Assembly: GCA_035352975.1 (NCBI GenBank) | Contig: DAOPYP010000001.1 | Location: 11,332-58,501 of the forward strand | From: Oscillospiraceae bacterium | Lineage (GTDB): Bacteria; Bacillota; Clostridia; Oscillospirales; Ruminococcaceae | Direction of reading: 5' to 3' | DNA length: 47,170 nucleotides | Shown: one piece after another, positions 35,424-44,055 of the stretch | How positions within the stretch are numbered: position 1 is the stretch's first letter | How the letters are laid out: every line of letters begins with the position of its first letter | Program-made: the position numbers and the translations under genes | The notes under the pieces: generated by a model | Told to the model about the DNA's origin: nothing | Seen by the model: only the letters and a program-made list of their open reading frames with translations | Database searches by the model: none

Positions 35424-36479
35424 TCAATAAGCTGCGCCGATAAGCCTTAGAAGGTCTTCTTTGTCAGTACAGAAGTCGAGAGCCGACTGTTTTGTAATTC
35501 TATCACGCTTAACAAGAGCCGCAAGGTTGTCGTTTAATGAACACATACCTTGACGCATCCCCTGCTGCATAGCTGACGGAATCTGGTGAACCTTGTTTGT
35601 ACGGATAAGGTTTCTTATTGCATCTGTTCCGAGAAGTATCTCAAGAGCTGCCGCACGGCTGGAGCCGTCCTTTGTCGGAATAAGCACCTGTGAAATTACT
35701 CCCTCGATAATTGAAGCAAGCTGAGTACGAACCTGCTCTTGAATTTCGGAGGGACAAGCGCCGATTATACGTTCAATAGTCTGAGCCGCGCCTGTCGTAT
35801 GTAAGGTGGCAAGAACTAAATGTCCTGTTTCTGCCGCTGTAATTGCAAGTGAAATTGTTTCAAAATCACGCATTTCACCAATAAGAATAACGTCTGGGTC
35901 TTCACGAAGTGCGCTCCTTAAAGCATAGTTGAAATTCGGAACGTCCTTTCCGATTTCACGCTGATGAATTGTCGCAATATCAGGGGTATATTTATATTCA
36001 ATAGGGTCTTCAATCGTCAGAATGTGACACGGACGGTTTTTATTTATGTAGTTTATCATTGCGGAAAGAGTTGTGGTTTTTCCGCTTCCGGTAGGACCTG
36101 TAACAAGAACAAGTCCGCGGCGCTTTTTAGCAAGCTCGGAAAGGATTGGAGGGAAATTCAATTCTTCAATCGTCGGAACGGTTTGGTTTAAAAGACGGAT
36201 TGTAGCGGCAAGCTTTCCATTCTGATGGTATACGTTGACACGCTGTCTTGCACCGTTTGAAAGCTCAAATGTAAAGTCAATGTCATCGCCCTCGGTAAGT
36301 TTTTTCTCCTGCTCGGCGGAAAGCATTGAAAGAATGGTTCTGTTTACAACCTCTTCACTCATTTCGTTTAAGCGGACAAGATCGCCGTTGATACGAAAAA
36401 CGGTTGGCGCACCTACCGTCATATGTATATCCGACGCTTTGTTTTCACGGGCATAGAGAATAAATTCTTCAAAGTTCAT
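35424..36479 (-). CDS. pilT: PilT-type type IV pilus retraction ATPase
   Basis: Walker A GPTGSGKTTT, Asp box, His box, 351 aa. Confidence 0.85.
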   Translation of the reverse strand: MNFEEFILYARENKASDIHMTVGAPTVFRINGDLVRLNEMSEEVVNRTILSMLSAEQEKKLTEGDDIDFTFELSNGARQRVNVYHQNGKLAATIRLLNQTVPTIEELNFPPILSELAKKRRGLVLVTGPTGSGKTTTLSAMINYINKNRPCHILTIEDPIEYKYTPDIATIHQREIGKDVPNFNYALRSALREDPDVILIGEMRDFETISLAITAAETGHLVLATLHTTGAAQTIERIIGACPSEIQEQVRTQLASIIEGVISQVLIPTKDGSSRAAALEILLGTDAIRNLIRTNKVHQIPSAMQQGMRQGMCSLNDNLAALVKRDRITKQSALDFCTDKEDLLRLIGAAY

Positions 36480-36499
36480 TGTTTTATCAATCCTTTCGG

Positions 36500-37045
36500 C
36501 TATTTGATTTTATACTGAATTCCGCTTGCCGAAAGATAAACGTCGGCAGAGGTGTTTGCGATACGCTGATTTACGGCTCCGATAATTTCACGAAAAGCCT
36601 CCTGCTCCGGCTTTGTGGGACACACGGAAAAGCCCGCTTCAATCGTAATAATGATAAGCGTTGCATCAAGCTCGCTGATTTTATTCATAAGTGAAATAAT
36701 ATTATCTGTGACTTTTTTTTCAATGCTCTTTTTTAATTCCGTAGTCATAAGTTCAGTCGACGGACACATTTCGTTTATAACGTTTGATGCATATGAAGCA
36801 AGACTGTCAAGGATATAGAATTTATTTGCGGTTTGCGCCATTGCTGACGGGTCTGTAACGTCTTCAGCAATAACCCATTCAACACCGTTGTGTTCGTTGC
36901 TGAATTTTATACGGTTTGCGGTTTCAACGTCAATATTTTTGCCTGTGCACATATAAAGAACGTTATCACATGATGAAAAATAAGATATTGCCCATCTGGA
37001 TTTTCCTGTTGCGGCACCGCCCGTGATAAGAATTACTCTTCCCAT
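36500..37045 (-). CDS. CobU/CobP-like P-loop protein (adenosylcobinamide kinase/guanylyltransferase family, divergent)
   Basis: Aligns by eye end to end with CobU (ITGGAATGKS; FREIIGAVNQRIANTSADVYLSASGIQYKIK). Confidence 0.6.
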   Translation of the reverse strand: MGRVILITGGAATGKSRWAISYFSSCDNVLYMCTGKNIDVETANRIKFSNEHNGVEWVIAEDVTDPSAMAQTANKFYILDSLASYASNVINEMCPSTELMTTELKKSIEKKVTDNIISLMNKISELDATLIIITIEAGFSVCPTKPEQEAFREIIGAVNQRIANTSADVYLSASGIQYKIK

Positions 37046-37214
37046 TCAAAAAACCTCCCTAAACGTTTAATATTACTATTATCACAATAACAGTTTTAAT
37101 AAAAAAAGTCAATAAATTTTAATAATTTTTCAATAAATACTGGGTTATTTTAAATAATATTTACTCAATGATTAGCTTTATGACTACGTTATTAATTTAC
37201 TCAGCGGACATTAT

Positions 37215-37267
37215 AAAAACTTGCGCTTTTACCCTGACACGTCAAAGTGTGCGGATTAAAGCGCAAG
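37215..37267 (-). terminator. Long-loop terminator hairpin after the AraC-family gene
   Basis: 10-bp stem cttgcgcttt/aaagcgcaag with a 28-nt loop. T5 follows on the minus strand. Confidence 0.5.
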
Positions 37268-37291
37268 CTCTTATTAATTCATACAAATTTA

Positions 37292-38155
37292 TTATTTCTT
37301 TTTAACAGGAACCCAGATTTCACTGTAGTAATTTTCGTCCTGCATACCGTTTTTATAGTCATCTACAGGGGTATACATTTCAATACTGTATCCGGCTGCA
37401 ATTTCATAATCCTTGCAGTTGGGAAGCCATTCGGAGAATATTTTTGTATTCACGTCCTGTAATGCTTTTGGCATTGCTCCCTTACAAGGGAAAACAGCCC
37501 AGGTATATGCAGGAATTGTTCTTGCAGAAAATCCTTCGGGAATCTCATTCCATGGCAAATAGTTATCAGCAATCATGTAGTCAAATTCTTTGCCGCTGAC
37601 ACCCTCGTCAATACAGATACCATACATTCCGCAGACTGTTTTGCCCTTTCCTGTCTGATAATGCTCAGTCCAGAACTGTGGGATTTCAGCATAACCTGCA
37701 TCGTAGTTAAATCTTTTTGACACGCCCATAACTGTAAATGCCGCTTTTTCAACAATTTTGTAATCCATAATAAAACCGCCCTCCAAAGTTAATTTAATTT
37801 TAAGCGGGGCAAATGATTTGATTATTGCCTCGCCCTTTCGTACAGCAGACGGAGTAACCCCGTGAAAACGTGTAAAAGCTTTCGTGAAGCTGTCGGGTGA
37901 GTCATAGCCGTATTTGAGTGCTATGTCAATGATTTTCCCGTCTGTTGCGGCAAGCTCGCTGCCGGCAAGCGTCAGTCTGCGCTGGCGGATATATTCACCG
38001 ACCGTGAAGCCGCATAGCATAGCAAAAGCTTTCTGAAAATAAAAAGCTGACACAAACGCCTGCTTTGCAATATCTGAAGCGGTCAAATCTTCCGTCAGAT
38101 TATCCTCAATATAGCTGATAGCGTTAGTCATACCTTCAACCCAGTTCACTGTCAT
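37292..38155 (-). CDS. AraC-family regulator with a GyrI-like effector-binding domain
   Basis: Dual HTH_18 N-terminus and a C-terminal GyrI-like fold signature (KIVEKAAFTVMG...YSEIWVPV). Confidence 0.8.
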   Translation of the reverse strand: MTVNWVEGMTNAISYIEDNLTEDLTASDIAKQAFVSAFYFQKAFAMLCGFTVGEYIRQRRLTLAGSELAATDGKIIDIALKYGYDSPDSFTKAFTRFHGVTPSAVRKGEAIIKSFAPLKIKLTLEGGFIMDYKIVEKAAFTVMGVSKRFNYDAGYAEIPQFWTEHYQTGKGKTVCGMYGICIDEGVSGKEFDYMIADNYLPWNEIPEGFSARTIPAYTWAVFPCKGAMPKALQDVNTKIFSEWLPNCKDYEIAAGYSIEMYTPVDDYKNGMQDENYYSEIWVPVKKK

Positions 38156-38235
38156 TCCTCCTGTCTGTATTCTTAGAATATCACACTGCGGACGGTTATG
38201 CCCGATTTTTTGTGCAGAGTTTTGTCGGGACAGAT

Positions 38236-38976
38236 TTATTTTTTGCAGTAAGCCTCAATCGCCTTGCTCATGTATTCAGCTGTACCCTCACCGCATTTGT
38301 CGATATTAGCCTTAAAGCGCTCATCACCGATATACATCATGCCTAAGCCGGCAAGAATTTCTTTTGTGCAGGGGTAATGAGTTTCGGTGATATAATCCTG
38401 CCACTTGCGTACAATAGCCTGCGCAGAATCACTTTCAGGTAAATTGCCGTTTTTCATGCAGTCCGCAAATTCGCATATAATTGCGCTCATGCCTGCATTA
38501 ACTTCCGCCCATTTTTCATCGGAATAGCTTGATGTTTTATTTGAGCTTTCCTTATAGGCATCGGTATTGCCCCATTTTTCCTTAGCTTCTTGCGCATATT
38601 TTTCTTTTTGTGCTAAAAACTCACTGTTATCAAACGCGTTAAAATTCATAGTATTTTCCCCTTTCAGAGTGATGTTAATTGCATCAATAAGCCGCTCAAT
38701 ACGCTCACTTTTGAGCTTGAGCAGTTTCTTCTGCCTTGACAATGCGTCATTCTTATTAAAATCAGGATTTGAAATGATTTCGCCGATTTCTTTAAGCGGA
38801 AAATCAAGCTCACGATAAAATAGAATTGTCTGTAACCGTTCAAGAGAACGTTCATCATAAAAACGGTAACCGCTGTGTTCGTCAACACATACGGGTTTCA
38901 GAAGTCCTATTTCATCATAATAATGCAAAGTACGCACACTTACTCCGGTTAGCTTTGCTGTTTCGCTTATTGACAT
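38236..38976 (-). CDS. MerR-family regulator with a TipAS-type antibiotic-recognition domain
   Basis: MSISETAKLTGVSVRTLHYYDEIGLLKP, a coiled-coil, and a TipAS-like C-terminus. An alternative ATG lies at 38982. Confidence 0.8.
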   Translation of the reverse strand: MSISETAKLTGVSVRTLHYYDEIGLLKPVCVDEHSGYRFYDERSLERLQTILFYRELDFPLKEIGEIISNPDFNKNDALSRQKKLLKLKSERIERLIDAINITLKGENTMNFNAFDNSEFLAQKEKYAQEAKEKWGNTDAYKESSNKTSSYSDEKWAEVNAGMSAIICEFADCMKNGNLPESDSAQAIVRKWQDYITETHYPCTKEILAGLGMMYIGDERFKANIDKCGEGTAEYMSKAIEAYCKK

Positions 38977-39000
38977 TTTCATTTCATCACCTCAATCAGG

Positions 39001-39031
39001 AGTATATACTATGACGTAACGTCAAAGTCAA
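39001..39031 (-). promoter_or_regulatory. MerR-type promoter TTGACT-19-TATACT with the operator palindrome TGACGTtACGTCA in the spacer
   Basis: 19-bp spacer. The 13-bp palindrome lies at 39012-39024. Confidence 0.55.
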
Positions 39032-39045
39032 GAGGTTTTTAAAAA

Positions 39046-39873
39046 TTATTTTTTCATATCAGGCTGACATTTTGGACAGTAATATACCGAGCCGCCCAGA
39101 TAGCTTTCTTTTGTTATTGCGCCGCCGCAATCAGGGCATCCTGAGCCAACGCCGTTTTTGGACATTACGGTTCTGTAACCCCCGACAGCCCCAAATAAAT
39201 CCTTTTCTGTATCACGGCCGCCGAGCTCTGTCATTTTTTTAAGAACCGTTATAATCGAATTAAGGAGCGTATCCTTTTCGTTATCACTTAGCGTGGATAT
39301 TTTTCTCTTAGGGTGAATTCCTGCATTAAAAAGAATATCCTGTAAGGTTCCGTTACCAATTCCGGGGAAACGCTGTTCTGTCGCAAGAAAAGCCTTGACG
39401 CTTAAATTCGGCTTGCTTTCCGAAAAAAGCTTGTAATAATAATCGGAAAAATCCGCCGAAAAAGGTGTAACGGCATTTTGGCTTGAAAGGTAATATTTAT
39501 TATCATAGCTCCCATCGTGAAGACAAATTCCGCCGTACATGGCAACTGTGAACGCCAATGTCTGTCCGTCATCAAGCTTAATCAAAAGCTGATAATCCTT
39601 TGGGATATTATCATTTGACATAAGCCGAAGATTAACGCCGTCGTTTATGCAAAGCCGCATGCCATTGTCAAAGGATAGCTCCGCAAATATTCCAAAGCCG
39701 TCAGCTTTTATAATTTTACAGCCGCTGACAGCTTTGTCATAAGTATCAGGTTCGCCGTTATACCAGCAGAATTTATGCGGCTTTGTCGGCGGATAAACTT
39801 TAGTGACACTTATCCCTGTGATATTTTCATTAAGCTGTTTTGCAATGGTTATAGCTTCAGGCAGTTCAATCAT
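39046..39873 (-). CDS. Fpg/Nei-family (H2TH plus zinc finger) protein lacking the N-terminal Pro
   Basis: MIELPEA N-terminus (Fpg is MPELPEV). C-terminal CPDCGG...YYCPKCQ zinc finger. RBS GGAGG lies 8 nt upstream. Confidence 0.7.
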   Translation of the reverse strand: MIELPEAITIAKQLNENITGISVTKVYPPTKPHKFCWYNGEPDTYDKAVSGCKIIKADGFGIFAELSFDNGMRLCINDGVNLRLMSNDNIPKDYQLLIKLDDGQTLAFTVAMYGGICLHDGSYDNKYYLSSQNAVTPFSADFSDYYYKLFSESKPNLSVKAFLATEQRFPGIGNGTLQDILFNAGIHPKRKISTLSDNEKDTLLNSIITVLKKMTELGGRDTEKDLFGAVGGYRTVMSKNGVGSGCPDCGGAITKESYLGGSVYYCPKCQPDMKK

Positions 39874-39899
39874 TTCAGTTACCTCCGTTTATTGTCGAA

Positions 39900-40661
39900 T
39901 CAAATTAGCCCGTGTTCGCTTAAAAACTTCTCAAATTTTTTCTCTGAAAAGATTTCGTTAATAACAAATTCGCCGTTATAAAAAAAGCTGTAGGTCGTAA
40001 AAGGTGCTGGAGAATTCTGAGCCTGCTCAGTCGTTTCTATTTTATGCGTTGAAATAGCCGTGCCGTGCTGTTTTGCAATTTCTTCAATTATCGGCACATA
40101 TTTATCCGTATGCGGACATTGATTTGTATAATAAAGCACCATTCCTTTTTCGACAGTTTTGCCGTCCTTTGCGCAGTCCCTGAACTTCGGGACAGGCGCA
40201 TTTTCGTCAAAGGGAAGATACAAAAGCTCATAATACGGCTCTGCTGTATCTGCAGCAGAAAAGCCTTTATATTTAAGATATTGAGGATCGGATAAAAACG
40301 GCATTTTCTTTTTTGACGAAAGAACGGTAATTCCGCATTTGCCCTTAGCCTTTGCATCGGCAATACAGCTTTCTAAAAGCTTATTTGCATAGCCTTGTCC
40401 TTTAAACTGCCCCGACACCCAAAAGCAATTTATATACATATATCCGTCGGCAGTGATAGGACACCAGGCCTTTTCTGCGGGAAGATACTCAATAAAAACC
40501 TTTCCGCGTTCGTCAAGCTTTGTAAAAACAAGGCCGTCGTCGAAACGCTCTTTCAGCCATGCTTTTTTCGACGAAACACAGGTTTCACCCTTTTTATCTG
40601 ATATGGCACAGCAGATATGCTCTTTGTCAATATTATCTTTGTTAAGAGTAATGAAAGCCAT
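39900..40661 (-). CDS. GNAT N-acetyltransferase fused to a YoaP-like C-terminal domain
   Basis: GQFKGQGYANKLL motif A. C-terminal half with YYTNQCPHT resembling YoaP-like domains. Confidence 0.65.
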   Translation of the reverse strand: MAFITLNKDNIDKEHICCAISDKKGETCVSSKKAWLKERFDDGLVFTKLDERGKVFIEYLPAEKAWCPITADGYMYINCFWVSGQFKGQGYANKLLESCIADAKAKGKCGITVLSSKKKMPFLSDPQYLKYKGFSAADTAEPYYELLYLPFDENAPVPKFRDCAKDGKTVEKGMVLYYTNQCPHTDKYVPIIEEIAKQHGTAISTHKIETTEQAQNSPAPFTTYSFFYNGEFVINEIFSEKKFEKFLSEHGLI

Positions 40662-40662
40662 T

Positions 40663-41304
40663 TTACTGCTCCTTTCTTACCGGGTATCTGATTATTGTTT
40701 TCATCTTTGAAACATCAGTTTTTCTTGGATCTGAAAGGTAAATTTCATGGTGACGGCGTGTGTCGGATATATCACAAATATAATCATTTTCAGCCATATA
40801 TTGTTTCATTGATTCTATGGTTGAAGGCTCGTCATCAAACGCTCCTATGTGCATACACTGAACGCATAAGCCCTCCGTGAATTTCACTAATCGTGCTTTT
40901 GATAAATCAATATGAGGCTTTTTCTTTGCAACAATTTCACAAGCCTTTGAAAAGACTTCATCATTAACAAAATTGGGCTGGCGAATCATTGAAGTCCAGT
41001 GAAATTCTGATTTTTTTGAACGGTCAAATTCGGTTCGGTCATCAAGCCACCACCATAACCCCTCAAGCGGGGGAACAACATACTCAAAGTAATCCTTAGG
41101 TATCTCGCCACTTTTTGGCATCATTTTTATTGTCCAGGAAAGCGCATACAGCGTTTCAACGGCTGAACTGTATTCCCCGTTGGCGTCGTTGGGATTGCCT
41201 TTTCCGTCAACCTGAATGAATATCATTTCAGGAACATCAATTACGGACGGCTTTGTTTTTGGCATATATAAATCTTTAAATTCTTTTTTATAATCGTATG
41301 CCAT
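40663..41304 (-). CDS. GyrI-like small-molecule-binding domain protein
   Basis: FIQVDGKGNPN and EGLWW motifs typical of stand-alone GyrI-like proteins. Confidence 0.65.
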   Translation of the reverse strand: MAYDYKKEFKDLYMPKTKPSVIDVPEMIFIQVDGKGNPNDANGEYSSAVETLYALSWTIKMMPKSGEIPKDYFEYVVPPLEGLWWWLDDRTEFDRSKKSEFHWTSMIRQPNFVNDEVFSKACEIVAKKKPHIDLSKARLVKFTEGLCVQCMHIGAFDDEPSTIESMKQYMAENDYICDISDTRRHHEIYLSDPRKTDVSKMKTIIRYPVRKEQ

Positions 41305-41306
41305 TT

Positions 41307-42032
41307 TTATCCCTCCGTCTGTGCACTATAATTAATATTAAATTCCCTCGCCCGCTTATATAACATCGCATAGTTGAGTTTATGTAATGTTCCGTCAACT
41401 ATAAATTTCGAGCCGCATTGATGAAAATCAAAGCTGACGTTATGCTTTACGCATTGTTCCCGCAGAGAAAGAACCCAGTCGTAATCAAAAGGCCGCGCAT
41501 CTCGATCGTATTCCCCTCCGACAACGACTAGCTCAACATTATCAAGATATTTTTCAATATTCACGGCTTCAAGCAAGGGCTGAAGAATAATATTTCTATG
41601 CTTAATGGGGAGCTTTGAGAAAATCGCAAGCCTTAAATCCACCATTTCCTGATTTTCAACCGTACAGCCGACAGTTACATTTTCATAGCCGTCATTCCAG
41701 TCAGCGGGAATACAGTCCTCAAAACGCTCAATTCTTTTTGTGAGAAAAATAAAATGCAAATCCGGACGCTGCTTTATCATTTTCCAGCATTCATTCCGCC
41801 ATTCGTCAGCTTCCTCAATCAAAAAGTCAGATGAAAAACAGCAGTAAACCATCTGCCCCGATTTCATAGCATATTCGCCTTTTTTATTAACAGCGACAGG
41901 GGCGTTGAATTTATCAGACTTTATTATTAAATTAGTGTCAACGCCGCGCTTTGCGTCGCCCTTGTGAATATAACAGAATTTACAGCCCTCGCTGTATCGG
42001 TGACAGCCCCGCCACGGATTCCACATAGCCAT
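41307..42032 (-). CDS. DUF5131 (phage Gp37/Gp68-like) family protein
   Basis: WNPWRGCHRYSEGCKFCY N-terminal Cys motif. RBS GGGAGAG precedes ATG 42032. Confidence 0.7.
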   Translation of the reverse strand: MAMWNPWRGCHRYSEGCKFCYIHKGDAKRGVDTNLIIKSDKFNAPVAVNKKGEYAMKSGQMVYCCFSSDFLIEEADEWRNECWKMIKQRPDLHFIFLTKRIERFEDCIPADWNDGYENVTVGCTVENQEMVDLRLAIFSKLPIKHRNIILQPLLEAVNIEKYLDNVELVVVGGEYDRDARPFDYDWVLSLREQCVKHNVSFDFHQCGSKFIVDGTLHKLNYAMLYKRAREFNINYSAQTEG

Positions 42033-42051
42033 TTTATTTCTCTCCCTAATA

Positions 42052-42498
42052 CTATTTGAGTGCAATATAAATATTTATATCAGCGACGCCGTTTTCATTG
42101 CTGAGATACTCCTCAAAATCAGCGGTATATGTTCTTTCAAGAGGCATTTCCCAAATTTCATTCCATGCGTTTGAAACATCCCTGACAACGTCGCCCTTGA
42201 TATTGAATTTCGCATATTTTCCTGCGGGAATGATTTTATAGGAAAGCTCGGGATTTGCGTTTTGAGAAACCTCTGCACCGACAGTTACGTCATAAGTAAC
42301 ATCCTCAAAATTGTAGTTTGTATAAAGACCTACACAGTAAGGGTTAGCCTTATTTTTCAGCGAATCTGAGATACCCTTGCCCATAAAGTCCTGCCAAAGT
42401 CCGCCAACAATTTTCTGAATGTCGGGGTTGGTGTTACCTGTCCTTGCCGTAAGTCCGACAATAACTTTTTCCTCAAGATTAACAATTTCATAATTCAT
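42052..42498 (-). CDS. GyrI-like / AraC-effector-binding-domain protein (stand-alone)
   Basis: MNYEIVNLEEKVIVGL...FEEY pattern. RBS AAAGAGG precedes ATG 42498. Confidence 0.65.
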   Translation of the reverse strand: MNYEIVNLEEKVIVGLTARTGNTNPDIQKIVGGLWQDFMGKGISDSLKNKANPYCVGLYTNYNFEDVTYDVTVGAEVSQNANPELSYKIIPAGKYAKFNIKGDVVRDVSNAWNEIWEMPLERTYTADFEEYLSNENGVADINIYIALK

Positions 42499-42568
42499 AG
42501 TGATTACCTCTTTCATTTTTTATTGTAATCACATTATATATTGCTAAATACGACAACAGTGTGTCATA

Positions 42569-43467
42569 TTATAAATAATATTTAAGAGAATTTTCAAGTC
42601 TGTGTTTCATTTCAGTGATAGCAGCTTCAGGTGATAAAATTTTACAGTATTCCCCGAAAGAAGTTGCATAGCTGCAGATTGCGTTTAGATCCGGCAAAAG
42701 TAATTCACAAAGAAAATCGCCGTTTTCGGTGACTTTATAGTCGCTGATTTCATCATAAACTCTAAAAGCCATTTTTGCCGATATTTCAAATTTTGCTTTA
42801 ATAAATGTCATTTCGTCCATTTGCCATTCGGTCAGAATTGACTGCGGCGCAGACAGCTCAAAGGTTTCGTTTTTTATATTTAATTCGGATACTCGGCTTA
42901 GCTTAAATAATCGAAAATCCTGACGGACCTTACAAAAGCCGTAAATATACCACGCCGTCCCCTTAAAAATAAGCTTTAACGGCATCACCTCACGGTAAAG
43001 CTTTTCCGCCTTTCCGCTTGCGTACATAAAGGTTATCACTTGCTTTTGAATTATTGCGGTTTTGATTTTTTCAAAATATTCTGCATCGTTCTGAAAATAT
43101 CCCCACGATGAAAAATCGACCTCAATCCAGTCAGAATTCTTCTTCCCGAGCATACTGCTGAGCTTGCTTAAAGCGGTGTCGCTCTTTGAAAAATTGACTG
43201 CGCTAACGGCTTCCATTGAGGAGAGTATGTCGCTTTTTTCCTGTTCGGTGAGGACGGCTTTATTCAGAATAAAATCGGGGAGGAGTGAAATCCCGCCACC
43301 CTTGCCCTTGCTCATATATATATAGGGATTCCCGCCTGAGAAAGTGTTTCGACATCACGATAAATAGTCCTGGACGAAACCTCAAATCTCTGGCTAAGCT
43401 CAGCCGCGGTCACAGTTTGTTTTTCAAGGAGTATGTAAACTATTTCAAACAGTCGGTTTATCTGCAC
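42569..43467 (-). pseudogene. YafY-type HTH-WYL-WCX transcriptional regulator split by a frameshift in a (TA)5 run
   Basis: The HTH fragment (43312-43467, GTG start) ends IPIYI* and the WYL fragment starts MSKGKGGGISLL. The two frames meet at tatatatata (43315-43324). Confidence 0.75.
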
Positions 43468-43501
43468 TTTCTGCCGCACCTCTTTCCCGGGTTTGGCATT
43501 A

Positions 43502-43530
43502 ATTATATCATATATTCCCTGTAAATACAA
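43502..43530 (-). promoter_or_regulatory. Sigma-A promoter TTGTAT-17-TGaTATAAT of the WYL-led operon, with the GGCATATGCC palindrome just upstream
   Basis: Read on the minus strand. The 10-bp perfect palindrome lies at 43538-43547. Confidence 0.45.
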
Positions 43531-43572
43531 CCGTCAGGGCATATGCCGATTGGCTTTCAGAATTTACCATCT

Positions 43573-44055
43573 CTACTGTTTAAATTCACTTAACGCCTCT
43601 TTTAGCATTCTGCTTATTTCCTCCTTCGTCTTGCTTTTGGGAAATGAAAACTTGCCCAAAATACTGACATTGCTTTCTGTAAAAAATTCTGCGGCATTTT
43701 TAAGACATTGTACTGCGCCTCTTGCCGCATAGGTAGTGAAAAGATATACGTCTTTTTTAGAAAAATCACTCTGCAAAATAAAAGCTTTTACAGCAGGCGG
43801 GAACATACTCCCCCAGTTTGGGAATCCGACAATAATTTTGTCATAATCGTTCAGATTTAGCTTATACCCTTTAAGCTTTGTTTCATCTTTTGAAAACATT
43901 GATTTTATGCCTTTGGAATAACGCGAAATTAAATCCGGTTTTATTTCCTCTTCTGTCTGGATTTCAAAAATGTCACAGCCAAGCATTTTTGTGATTTTTT
44001 CGGCGACAAACCTTGTCTGTCCCGTTACTGAATAATAAATAACAATTGTTTTCAC
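43573..44055 (-). CDS. Flavodoxin-family protein
   Basis: MKTIVIYYSVTGQTR FMN-loop motif. Confidence 0.75.
   Translation of the reverse strand: MKTIVIYYSVTGQTRFVAEKITKMLGCDIFEIQTEEEIKPDLISRYSKGIKSMFSKDETKLKGYKLNLNDYDKIIVGFPNWGSMFPPAVKAFILQSDFSKKDVYLFTTYAARGAVQCLKNAAEFFTESNVSILGKFSFPKSKTKEEISRMLKEALSEFKQ

Noticed and set aside
37236-37252. The 10-mer ACGTCAAAGT is shared between the loop of the AraC-gene terminator (TGACACGTCA) and the MerR operator region (39015-39024).
   Set aside because: It is a single short match. The 37.2-kb copy has different dyad spacing, so chance cannot be excluded.
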